Shown: positions 26,706-35,808, counted from the first letter of the stretch. The stretch is DNA of 64,000 nt from an uncultured Candidatus Binatia bacterium (GCA_965200965.1 OZ241744.1:3008001-3072000); one strand, 5' to 3'. Notes: generated from the sequence alone by a model not told the origin. Made by a program: numbers and translations.

Positions 26706-27536
26706 ATGGCAAAACCGATGAAGGCCCAGGCAATAGAGCGTCTACAGAAAGCACTGGATGCGATACCTGCATTAGAGGGATTGGACACTGATTCCCCGGA
26801 GTTCAAGAGGTGGTGGAGAAGCACAGAAATCGCTATCACCAACACATTCGGGGACGAATCATATCATATTCGGGAATTCTACGATACCGATTATTTTTCC
26901 TGCTTTGCTTCACCCCCTCCCGGGGAGAAGGAGAAAACCTTGAAATCAGCAACCGCACTACTCCAATCAATGATTGAGGAAGTCGAGGAGTATTGGGAAG
27001 AAGACACGGAGACAACAAAAGTGCCCAAAAAACTTAAATTACAGCAACCCGGGGAAGATCGGAAAAAAGAACATCAGCCTCCGCCGAACACCAGAGAAGT
27101 CTTCGTTATTCACGGAAGGGACGAGGCAGCCGAGCAAAAAGTGGTGAGATTTCTCGAAAAACTGGACCTCACGCCAGTGATATTGCACGAGCAGCCGAAC
27201 TAGGGCCAGACAATAATCGAGAAGTTCGAGCAACACGCGCAAGTCGGGTTTGCCGTGGCCCTGTTGACGCCGGACGATGGAGGCGCGCTTCAGGGTGAGG
27301 CGGAACATATCAAACCCCGTGCCAGACAGAATGTTGTGTTTGAGTTGGGGTATTTTCTCGGACGCCTTGGCCGAAAGCGGGTCTGTGCCCTGGTCAAAGG
27401 AATCCCAGAAATTCCGTCAGACTATGCCGGGGTGGTCTATATTCCACTGGATGATTACGGGGGCTGGGAGAGAAAACTTGTCAAAGAGCTAAAGGAAGCC
27501 GGCTTTGAGATTGATGCGAATCGTATAGTGGAGTGA
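26706..27536 (+). CDS. TIR-domain nucleotide-binding protein (CAP12/Pycsar-effector-like TIR), interrupted by one in-frame TAG at 27201-27203
   Basis: 'VFVIHGRDE...ILHEQPN*GQTIIEKFEQHAQVGFAVALLTPDD...RARQNVVFELGYF...PSDYAGVVY' in a single frame. Confidence 0.85.
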
Positions 27537-27575
27537 AGATAATGAGCGCCCATGTTGCCATTCTACAAGGCGGGG

Positions 27576-27611
27576 TGTCGGCTTACGCCTGACGGCTAAG
27601 CCGACCTACGA
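27576..27611 (-). repeat. GTAG-type REP-like palindrome, copy 2
   Basis: 35/36 nt identical to 24045..24080. Confidence 0.8.
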
Positions 27612-27630
27612 TGACGGCCTAGGAAGCAGG

Positions 27631-27726
27631 ATGCCGAGCGTGACGATTGACCGGCTGATCATCAACCCGCCCTATGAGGAGCCGGGGCAACACTGGCAAT
27701 ACGACCGCGAGACGCGGCTGTTCGCT
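27631..27726 (+). pseudogene. Duplicated 5' fragment (32 codons) of the res gene
   Basis: MPSVTIDRLIINPPYEEPGQHWQYDRETRLFA versus MPSATIDRLIINSPYEEPGQHWQYDRETRLFA at 28436. Confidence 0.9.
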
Positions 27727-27799
27727 AGCCGTGGGGGGCAGGAGAGGCTGAACCGGGATGGGGGGAGGCTAGCTGGAGGGGAGCGGGTGTGCTAGGGTC

Positions 27800-28117
27800 T
27801 TGCTCATGAGCAGTTTTGGCAAAAATTATGCTGAACTGTCTTCTGTTTGCAGCACCATTGCTGCCTTGCCAGATGCCCCTTACACCCTGTTACGGCCTAT
27901 TCCAGTCCGGCTGGAACCGGGGGAGGATGGGGGATGGATGGCACGTTTTGAGGAAGCGAATATCGGCATGTCGGGCGGTGATCCAGAAGACGCTCGGCAG
28001 ATGCTTACTGAGGACATTGTAGAGACCTTTGCGCTGTTCCTCGCGGAAGAAGCGACCTTAGGCCCCGGCCCTCAACGTCAACTCGCCGTGCTCAAGCAGT
28101 ACCTCCAGGTCTGCTGA
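27800..28117 (+). CDS. HicB-like protein
   Basis: 'EPGEDGGWMARFEEANIGMSGGDPEDARQML' resembles the HicB N-terminal fold; start may be ATG 27806. Confidence 0.55.
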   Translation: MLMSSFGKNYAELSSVCSTIAALPDAPYTLLRPIPVRLEPGEDGGWMARFEEANIGMSGGDPEDARQMLTEDIVETFALFLAEEATLGPGPQRQLAVLKQYLQVC

Positions 28118-28119
28118 CA

Positions 28120-28410
28120 ATGCCCTTTACCCGACAGGAGGCCCGAGCTATTGCGAAGAAACTTGGAGCCGAAGTCCAAACCAAGCACAAGAAGCACCAT
28201 ATGGCCATTGTTCGTTATCATGGCCGCATTGTAGCAAGCTACGGCATCCGACGCGCAAGCGGAGAAGTGGGGCATGATCACATCCCACATCAATTGTACA
28301 TTTCTCGTCAGCAGGCATTAGCCCTCGCCCGATGCTCCCTTGACAGGGATGGCTACTTTGTCGTTCTGCGCGAGCAGGGCTTGCTTCCTGAAGAGGAGCG
28401 GCGCGACTAG
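28120..28410 (+). CDS. HicA-like small basic protein
   Basis: 'AIAKKLGAEVQTKHKKHH...IPHQLYISRQQALALARCSLDRDGYFVVLREQGLL'; paired with the HicB-like gene. Confidence 0.5.
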   Translation: MPFTRQEARAIAKKLGAEVQTKHKKHHMAIVRYHGRIVASYGIRRASGEVGHDHIPHQLYISRQQALALARCSLDRDGYFVVLREQGLLPEEERRD

Positions 28411-28435
28411 CCCGCCCATTGTCCTTTCAGCCAGA

Positions 28436-31246
28436 ATGCCGAGCGCGACGATTGACCGGCTCATCATCAACTCGCCCTATGAGGAGCCGGGGCAGCACTG
28501 GCAATATGACCGTGAGACGCGGCTGTTTGCGCTGACCGAGGGCCGCCGGCCGGCTGGCTATGTCGTGGCTTCGGGCAAGGCCGGGGCGTTTGATGACCCC
28601 GGCGTCTTTGTTGCAATCCCACTGGTCAACCAGATTCGCCCCCGCGTCAAAGCCTGGCGCGAAGCCGGCTGGCCCGGCGTGACCGCGGCCACGAGACGGC
28701 TGCTGACCCACTGGACCGACCCGGAGGAGTTCGAGACCCGACGCTTTTTCTTCTGTCAACTGGAGGCCGTGGAAACGCTGATCTGGCTGGCCGAGACGCC
28801 GGACGCCGCTGAGGAGCGAAGGCACCCCGGTCGAGAGGAAGGTGACACCTTCCCTCCTTCTGATGGCGGGGCGTTTCAACGCCTGTGCGCCAAAATGGCG
28901 ACCGGCTCCGGCAAGACAATTGTCATGGGCATGGTCATTGCCTGGCATGTGCTGAACAAAGTCGCCGCCCCGCAGGACCCACGGTTCTCGGCCCATGTCC
29001 TGATTACCGCTCCGGGGCTGACGGTCAAGAGCCGGCTGGCGGTCCTCAATCCGTCTCACCCGGACAACTATTATGAGGCGTTTCGCATTGTGCCGTCGGT
29101 GCTGCTCGACCGGCTGCGCCAGGGCAAGGTCCTGGTCCGCAACTGGCACGCCCTCAACTGGGAGACCGAGGACGCTATCGCCCGCAAGCGCAGCGTGGAC
29201 AGGCGCGGGGCCAAGAGCAATGAAGCCTATGCCCGGGCCGTGCTGGGTGAGCTGGCAGCAGCCCGCGGGCTGCTGGTCATCAATGACGAAGCCCATCACG
29301 CCTGGCGAGCGCCGGCCGGCACTAGGCTCAGGGGGGTTGCCAGGGACTCGGTTGAGGAAGCCACCAAATGGGTCGGCGGCCTTGACCGCATCCACGCGGC
29401 GCGGGGCATCCTGGCCTGCTATGACTTCTCGGCCACGCCTTTTGCGCCGACCGGCAGGCAGAGCGCTGAGGAAGGGCTGTTTGGCTGGATCGTCAGCGAT
29501 TTCGGGCTGAATGATGCGATTGAGGCTGGTTTGGTCAAAACCCCGCGGGTGGTCATCCGGGACGATGCTGTGCTCGACGCCAGGACCTACCGGTCCCGGC
29601 TGTATCATCTCTACAATGATCCAGAGGTTAAGGACGATCTGAACCGGCCGGCCGGGCCGGAGGTCCCGCTGCCCGACCTGGTGCTCAACGGCTATGCGCT
29701 GCTCGGCTATGACTGGCGGGAGACGGCCAGGGCGTGGCGGCGAGACGGGTTTGCGACCCCGCCGGTGATGATTACGGTGGCTAACCGTACCGAGACCGCG
29801 GCCCGCATCAAGTACGCCTTTGACCAGCGGAGAATCCACATTGAGGAGCTGTGCGACCCCCGGTACACGCTGCACATTGACTCAAAAGCCTTGGAGGCTG
29901 CGGAGGCTGCGGAGGAGCCGGTGGCTGCTCTCGGTGAGGGTGACGGACGCAGGCTGAGCAGAAAGGAACAGGCCGAGCTCCTGCGCCGGCAGGTAGATAC
30001 GGTGGGCCAAGCCGGCAAGCCCGGCGAGCGGGTACATAACGTCATTTCGGTCGGTATGTTGTCTGAGGGCTGGGACGCCAGGACCGTCACCCACATCATG
30101 GGCCTGCGGGCCTTCAGCAGCCAGTTGTTGTGTGAACAGGTGGTCGGCCGCGGCCTGCGCCGGACCTCCTATGAGATTGATGTGGACGGGCGGTTCAAGC
30201 CGGAGTATGTCAACATTTTCGGCGTGCCGTTCACCTTCCTGCCCCACGAGTCCGGGGACGGCTCTCCACTGCCGCCCGAGTCAAAGCCGGTGGTTGAGCC
30301 GCTGGCCGACAGGGCCGGCTTTGCCATACGCTGGCCGCATATCATCCGCATTGACCATGTGCTGCGGCCGCGGCTGACCCTGGATTGGGAGGCGGTCCCG
30401 GCCCTTGAGCTCAACGCCAGCCAGACTGTGCAACTGGCTGAACTGGCCCCGACCGTTGACGGCAAGCCTGACATGAGCGGCATCGCGGCTATTGAACTGG
30501 AATACTTGGCCCGGGAGTTTCGCACCCAGCGTATCATCTTTGAAGCCGCCCGTGAGGTGTACGACCAGATGCACAAGAACTGGCCGGGGAGCAAGGAGGT
30601 ACTGCTGGCCCAACTCGTGGGACTGGCCCAGCAGTTCATCCGCTCTGGTCCTATCCGCCTCACCCCGGCCCTGTTTCAGCAGGACGCCCTGAAAAGACGC
30701 CTGCTTATCACCCTGAATATGACCAGGCTGGTCCAGCATATCTGGGAGGCGATCCGTTTTGAGAACACCGACAGGCTGGTGCCGGTCTTTGACCGTGACC
30801 AGCCTGTTCGCTCAACCGGCGATATGGCCCCCTGGCATACGGGCAAGCCGTGGGCCTGTACTGCCCGCAGCCATATCAACCGCTGTGTCCATGACGGGGC
30901 CTGGGAGGCGTCTGAAGCCTGGGAGTTGGACAACAACCCGTTGGTAGCCGCCTGGGTGAAAAATGACCATCTGGGCTTTGAGGTGTGCTATGTCTATCGT
31001 GGCGTGGTGGGCAAGTACCGGCCCGATTTTCTCATCCGGCTCAGCGCGGGTACTATGCTGGTTCTGGAGACCAAGGGCCGGGACAGTGAGCGGGAGCGGA
31101 CCAAACGCCGCTTTCTTGATGAGTGGGTGAGAGCCGTTAATGCCCACCGCGGCTTTGGCCGCTGGTCCTGGGACGTGTCCACCAACCCCGGCGATGTCAA
31201 GGATATTCTCGTCCGCCACGCTCGTCGTGAGGGAAGGGAAGCGTGA
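28436..31246 (+). CDS. res: Type III restriction-like helicase/endonuclease (Res, BPTD_3080-like)
   Basis: 'KMATGSGKT', 'INDEAHH', 'FSATP', 'MLSEGWD', 'EQVVGRGLRR', C-terminal 'YRPDFL...LVLETKG' nuclease. Confidence 0.92.
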   Translation: MPSATIDRLIINSPYEEPGQHWQYDRETRLFALTEGRRPAGYVVASGKAGAFDDPGVFVAIPLVNQIRPRVKAWREAGWPGVTAATRRLLTHWTDPEEFETRRFFFCQLEAVETLIWLAETPDAAEERRHPGREEGDTFPPSDGGAFQRLCAKMATGSGKTIVMGMVIAWHVLNKVAAPQDPRFSAHVLITAPGLTVKSRLAVLNPSHPDNYYEAFRIVPSVLLDRLRQGKVLVRNWHALNWETEDAIARKRSVDRRGAKSNEAYARAVLGELAAARGLLVINDEAHHAWRAPAGTRLRGVARDSVEEATKWVGGLDRIHAARGILACYDFSATPFAPTGRQSAEEGLFGWIVSDFGLNDAIEAGLVKTPRVVIRDDAVLDARTYRSRLYHLYNDPEVKDDLNRPAGPEVPLPDLVLNGYALLGYDWRETARAWRRDGFATPPVMITVANRTETAARIKYAFDQRRIHIEELCDPRYTLHIDSKALEAAEAAEEPVAALGEGDGRRLSRKEQAELLRRQVDTVGQAGKPGERVHNVISVGMLSEGWDARTVTHIMGLRAFSSQLLCEQVVGRGLRRTSYEIDVDGRFKPEYVNIFGVPFTFLPHESGDGSPLPPESKPVVEPLADRAGFAIRWPHIIRIDHVLRPRLTLDWEAVPALELNASQTVQLAELAPTVDGKPDMSGIAAIELEYLAREFRTQRIIFEAAREVYDQMHKNWPGSKEVLLAQLVGLAQQFIRSGPIRLTPALFQQDALKRRLLITLNMTRLVQHIWEAIRFENTDRLVPVFDRDQPVRSTGDMAPWHTGKPWACTARSHINRCVHDGAWEASEAWELDNNPLVAAWVKNDHLGFEVCYVYRGVVGKYRPDFLIRLSAGTMLVLETKGRDSERERTKRRFLDEWVRAVNAHRGFGRWSWDVSTNPGDVKDILVRHARREGREA

Positions 31247-31466
31247 GCGTGCGGATCGTGGGGATGAGGATGGCAGAAGGCGGGGTGGTGTGCTACGGTG
31301 TGGCCCGTGAGAGCCGGAGCAGGAACTATGCCGGTAGCCACCAGGATGACAGGGGGCGGGGAGGTGCTAGGGTTGAAACAAACCCCTAACCGCACATGCC
31401 GCACTAGACAGCCCGGGCGTGGTATGATGGTGTGGTGTAAACTTAAGGGCCAACGGGGAGGCGAAT

Positions 31467-32396
31467 ATGACAAAGGTTTTCGCATTCATTAACTACAAAG
31501 GTGGAGTTGCAAAGACAACATCGGCCTACCATATCGGATGCTGGTTAGCTGAAAGGAAGAATAAAAAGGTCTTGCTGATCGATATTGACCCACAAACGAA
31601 TCTGACGTTTTTGTGCGCGTCTATTGAAGATTGGCAAAAGCGCAAGTCTAAATTCGGCACGATAGCCACAATGTACAAGAGATATTTGAAGAAACAACCC
31701 CTGGAGACCGGAAGATATCTGTGGGAGACCCCTATTCGTTTAAGGAGTGGTGGCCGTCTTCCCGGAATTGATTTGCTGCCGTGCGACATAGACCTAATCG
31801 GAGAGGATATTGGGAGTGGTCAAATTGCCGGGGCATATCCAAGTATGACGATGTTGAGAAAGAATGCAGAACAGTTTATGCGAGATCGCGAATTTCTCGC
31901 TAAAGCTATTGATGAAATCCGGGACAGATACGATTACGTCCTCATAGACTGTCCACCAAACCTTTACCTGATGACACAGAACGCACTGCTGGCGAGCAAT
32001 TACTACATTGTTACTGCGATACCAGATCATCTTTCTACTATCGGTTTGAACATCTTGATCAACAAGGTTGGTAAAATCTCCGAACTTGTGAATTCTGCTG
32101 CTGTCCTGGCTGGTGGAAATGTGGCTCCTCACAGTGTTGCCCAGTTCGGCGCAATTCTTTTTGTCCGGGTACGGATCGGAGGCGCAATGCAAACGATAGC
32201 CCATGCGAACAAGATGAATGAGATCCGAGCAGCGAATGAGTGCTTTGGAACGCACACGACCGAGTTGATTGGATACACCGAAGCTGCGGAAAACAGCCTG
32301 CCAGTATGGTTGCACGATTCTAACAATGCCAAGCGGGCTCGGGGGAAGCAGGAATATCCACAAATTGTTGAGGAGCTGTTGAGGAAATTTCCATGA
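31467..32396 (+). CDS. ParA/Soj family ATPase (low GC, no parB nearby)
   Basis: Deviant Walker A 'NYKGGVAKTT', 'IDIDPQTNLT', 'IDCPPN'. Confidence 0.88.
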   Translation: MTKVFAFINYKGGVAKTTSAYHIGCWLAERKNKKVLLIDIDPQTNLTFLCASIEDWQKRKSKFGTIATMYKRYLKKQPLETGRYLWETPIRLRSGGRLPGIDLLPCDIDLIGEDIGSGQIAGAYPSMTMLRKNAEQFMRDREFLAKAIDEIRDRYDYVLIDCPPNLYLMTQNALLASNYYIVTAIPDHLSTIGLNILINKVGKISELVNSAAVLAGGNVAPHSVAQFGAILFVRVRIGGAMQTIAHANKMNEIRAANECFGTHTTELIGYTEAAENSLPVWLHDSNNAKRARGKQEYPQIVEELLRKFP

Positions 32397-32989
32397 ACAA
32401 TCCTGTAAATTTGACAGGAAAGAAATTGGACGGCTTCCTGAGCAAGTTGTCTCAACTGGTTGACGCTCTACCGTCACAGGAAAGGAAATCTCGCCTAGAT
32501 CGGGAACTGGGAGTCTTGATCGAGTTTCTGAATGATTTTCGTACTAGGCTAAGGTCGCTCCCCACAGGAGAAGACACGGAGGGTGTCACATCAACGATAG
32601 AAGCAATGAAGGACCTTGTGCGTGTGGTTGAGGCCGACCCCACAATGTCACATTTTCTTGGTTTCTCGTCAGAAAAGAAAACGTTGAGGAAGTCTTCACG
32701 CAGAGCTCTCACCATACAAGATCGCGAAGAAGCGAAAGCTATGGCGGCAAAGCTACAAACTCTTCCGTCTGAAGATATAGATCGCATCTTGGCGGACAAA
32801 AAGACATACACTATTCCTATGCTGAAACAGCTTGGTGGAGAGCTAGGGCTAAACTTTCCGTCCAAATCCACCCGGTTATCTATAATCGAAAAAATATCCA
32901 AGAAGATAGCTAACCTGCGGGGTTATGATTACTTGAGACACGGGCATATGGAAAGCCAAGTGGCTAAGGAGGCTGGAGTACGGTCTTGA
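32393..32989 (+). CDS. Hypothetical helical, basic protein coupled to ParA
   Basis: 198 aa; ATGA overlap with the parA-like gene; same low-GC composition. Confidence 0.7.
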   Translation: MNNPVNLTGKKLDGFLSKLSQLVDALPSQERKSRLDRELGVLIEFLNDFRTRLRSLPTGEDTEGVTSTIEAMKDLVRVVEADPTMSHFLGFSSEKKTLRKSSRRALTIQDREEAKAMAAKLQTLPSEDIDRILADKKTYTIPMLKQLGGELGLNFPSKSTRLSIIEKISKKIANLRGYDYLRHGHMESQVAKEAGVRS

Positions 32990-33090
32990 GGGCATGAAAT
33001 GTCCGTCGAAGTCGATCATTGGTAATTTATATCTCACTGTGTGTTACGGGGATAATTCAGGAGACTATAAAGAAAACCCGAATTCATACG

Positions 33091-34273
33091 ATGGCAGCGG
33101 CTCTCAGCCTAGCGCTAATCGCGCCAGCATTTGGATAAGAACCAGTCAACAGCCTTGAAGTCCCTGGCAACGGCTCTTTATCAGATCGGCATAGGCTATG
33201 TGTCCGGCTGGGTGTGTGACGCCGAGCGTGTCGCTATCGTTATTGATGGCGGTCTGCACCTTCCGCCCGTGGCCCGGAATATCAGCCGAGGCGATACCGA
33301 AGCGGCATGCGGAGACCAAAACAACGGCTTTATCACGCAATGGAATTGGAGCTTGATGGGGGATGGAACCTATACGGCCGCCCTTGTGGTAGATGGGAAA
33401 ACCCTTCAAGAAATCCGCTTCACCGTTACCACCTTGGGCGAGGAGTTTGTCCGGGGTGCTGAACGGGATGTTGAGATAGCGGATTTTCCTAGCACCGGAG
33501 AGACTACCCGGCTCCGGTGGCAGCAAAGCGTTCAAGGCTTTGTCCTGGTTCCAGGCCCAACCCCCGAAGAACCCGAAGAACCATCCGTTCCAACCCCCGA
33601 AGAATTGGAGTCAACACATATCCCCCAGGCCCATTTTGTCTATCCGGCTGTACCGCGACCTAGAAGCCGCCCAAGCCTGCCTGCCTGACGGATTGTTCCA
33701 CAACCTTCGGCCCGGACTCTAAGCCGGTTGGAAAATCCGGCAAGCCGCTCATATCAGAGTGGTATCGGGATTATCTCAGGCTGGGTCTGTGGTGAAGCAA
33801 CGGCAGAGATTGAGGTTGTCTTGTCCAGGGCGGAATACTATGAACTGACCGCTGAAGGTGTAAGCGGTCAGGAGGGAAGGGATTATTATATCCAGTCCGG
33901 CCAAGAAATCCTCCGAATCCCTGCAATGGGGAATACAAATCTGGACGGGGCAGGCAACTTGCTGTTCTGGGGAGTTCCACGGGCCGACACTGAGGCCCTT
34001 TGCGAAGGCCCTGAAAACGGGTTCATCACGCAAATGAACTGGAATCTGCTTGGGGAAGGGGTGTATTTCATCACTCTCCAGGCTGATGAGGGGGAGCTTC
34101 ATACTCACAGATTCACAGTCACCACCTTTGGCGAAGAGTTTGTCCGGGGGGCTAGGGGAGAGTGTACTATTGCGGACTTCCCCAGTCCCGGACAAAGCGC
34201 CCGGTTTTGGTGGGAGGAATCTTTACAGAACCTTGTCCTTGTGAACCCTCCTCCTTCTTCAGTAGAGGAGTAA
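33091..34273 (+). pseudogene. Degraded exported protein with two tandem 'LExP...SGIGxISGWVC...NWNL...GEEF...DFPS...W..S.Q' domains
   Basis: Signal-like MAAALSLALIAPAFG then TAA, a frameshift after LEVPGNGS, and a TGA at 33686 between two clearly homologous domains (33131..33688, 33728..34273). Confidence 0.7.
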
Positions 34274-35052
34274 CCCCTGTCTGCAACACCCGGCTCCCGT
34301 GGATGGAGCCGGATCAAAGAAGGAGAAGAACTGTGGAAAACCGAATGGAAGAGGCAACACAAAACCTGATGACGGCTTTCTTTGCCCTTGCCGAATCTGC
34401 CAAAGGTAAAATCCTTATTCAGGATATGGCGTGTTTGGATGAGGGGGGGAAGCCCCGACATTTCAGTATGGGAAGGGGTTTGGGAGGAACCGGAGTTTGT
34501 CCGCCTCCTAGAGGCTATGGAGGCGGTGATAAAGGAGCGGAGGAGCTAGGAATAGAAGTCAAGACCCTCACCATCCAAAATCAGTATCATGGCTCTGAGG
34601 CGTCCCTCACTGTTGAGCTTGACGACAGTGATAAGCTGGTGCTCTTTGGTTACGACACGCGGCTTCAATACAATGGACAGTGGGACATACTCCCGGCGGG
34701 TAACACTGATGCGCCTTGGGATACGATTACAGCCATACGCGCCTATATCGATTATCCTCATGGCTGGGATGGACAGAGGGACCTTCAGCCTGTGATGCAA
34801 ATTCTAAGCCTAACCCCTGAGATAACACCGTGGAGGAGTACGGTTCTTATCAGGAGCGGCCGGAGGCACCCCAGGACTTGGGCTTACGCGATAATAGGCA
34901 CGCCTACATGGGCGAAAAATATCCTTACCATTCCGATCAAACGAGTTCTTGAGACAAACGGCTTCAAGGTCTCCCGTCATGCTCATTACACTAACGGATT
35001 ACACATAAGTTACTGCGCTGCATCTGATCCTGATAGTTGCGTTGTTCGATGA
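34162..35052 (+). CDS. Hypothetical protein (possibly the C-terminal part of the preceding degraded gene)
   Basis: 296-codon open frame overlapping the end of 33728..34273; start uncertain. Confidence 0.35.
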   Translation: MYYCGLPQSRTKRPVLVGGIFTEPCPCEPSSFFSRGVTPVCNTRLPWMEPDQRRRRTVENRMEEATQNLMTAFFALAESAKGKILIQDMACLDEGGKPRHFSMGRGLGGTGVCPPPRGYGGGDKGAEELGIEVKTLTIQNQYHGSEASLTVELDDSDKLVLFGYDTRLQYNGQWDILPAGNTDAPWDTITAIRAYIDYPHGWDGQRDLQPVMQILSLTPEITPWRSTVLIRSGRRHPRTWAYAIIGTPTWAKNILTIPIKRVLETNGFKVSRHAHYTNGLHISYCAASDPDSCVVR

Positions 35053-35229
35053 GGCTTTGTCCTCGTACCAAGACCATCAGAAGAGAGGAGGCTACGGAAT
35101 GAAGATTGAAACCGACATCTCAGAAGTTCTGACCTTTGTCGCCTGCTGACTGGCTGACCTCAGCTTATTCAAGCGTTAATTTTTGAGTGAGGAGTACAGG
35201 CCAGGTTAAGAACGCTGAAACTCTGTTGC

Positions 35230-35514
35230 ATGAAAGTCGATGAAAAACTATTGGCGAAAGCGAGGAACAGCCCGGCCAATCTCGCTTTTGACGATTTAAT
35301 CAAACTTGTGGAGCAGCTGGGCTGGAAGCATCGGAATACGAAAGGGAGTCATCACATCTTTTCTTACCCACGGGCTAGGGATACGGGGAACCTGTATCCC
35401 CGCCCCCTCAACCTACAGCGCTGGAAAGGCGGAAAGGCGAAACGAGAACAGGTAAAAGAAATGCTGAAGCGAGCGGAAGAGATGGGGATAATAGAGAAAC
35501 GGGGGAACCTATGA
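35230..35514 (+). CDS. hicA: HicA family toxin
   Basis: 'NLAFDDLIKLVEQLGW...KGSHHIF...LNLQ...GKAK'. Confidence 0.8.
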   Translation: MKVDEKLLAKARNSPANLAFDDLIKLVEQLGWKHRNTKGSHHIFSYPRARDTGNLYPRPLNLQRWKGGKAKREQVKEMLKRAEEMGIIEKRGNL

Positions 35515-35735
35515 CTGTGGAGGGATTGCCGCCTTACACCTACGAGTGGACAAGGTGTACGGAATCAGAAGACATTGAGGCACGTTGCTTGGAGATTCCC
35601 GACCTGTCAGCCTATGGAGAAACGCCCGAAGAAGCGCTTGACGAGATCAAAATAGCCGTGTCGAGCTGGCTGGAAGTCCTGGAAAAGGACGGCCTCCCTT
35701 TTCCCGCGCCGCTTCATGCGCTGAGAGCATCGTGA
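35511..35735 (+). CDS. hicB: HicB family antitoxin (short, no DNA-binding domain)
   Basis: 'ARCLEIPDLSAYGETPEEALDEIKIAVSSWLE...G...PAP'; ATGA overlap. Confidence 0.85.
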   Translation: MTVEGLPPYTYEWTRCTESEDIEARCLEIPDLSAYGETPEEALDEIKIAVSSWLEVLEKDGLPFPAPLHALRAS

Positions 35736-35808
35736 GCTTCCCGGCCGTACCGCCTGTCTGACACTGCTGCGTGACCCTTTATTCTGCCGTGTCTGAAGGC
35801 TAGGATGG

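Noticed and set aside
24045-27611. 36-nt repeat pair as a CRISPR array or integron attC sites
   Set aside because: Only two copies 3.5 kb apart, no spacers or cas genes, no RYYYAAC/GTTRRRY ends and no integrase
33686-33688. In-frame TGA as selenocysteine
   Set aside because: It lies in a linker of a gene that also has a TAA and a frameshift; no redox motif or evident SECIS
21000-35750. Island as a prophage or ICE
   Set aside because: No integrase, transposase, phage structural or conjugation genes, tRNA or flanking att repeats were seen
35736-35808. Cobalamin or SAM riboswitch upstream of metH
   Set aside because: The gap is only ~70 nt and lacks the conserved riboswitch motifs
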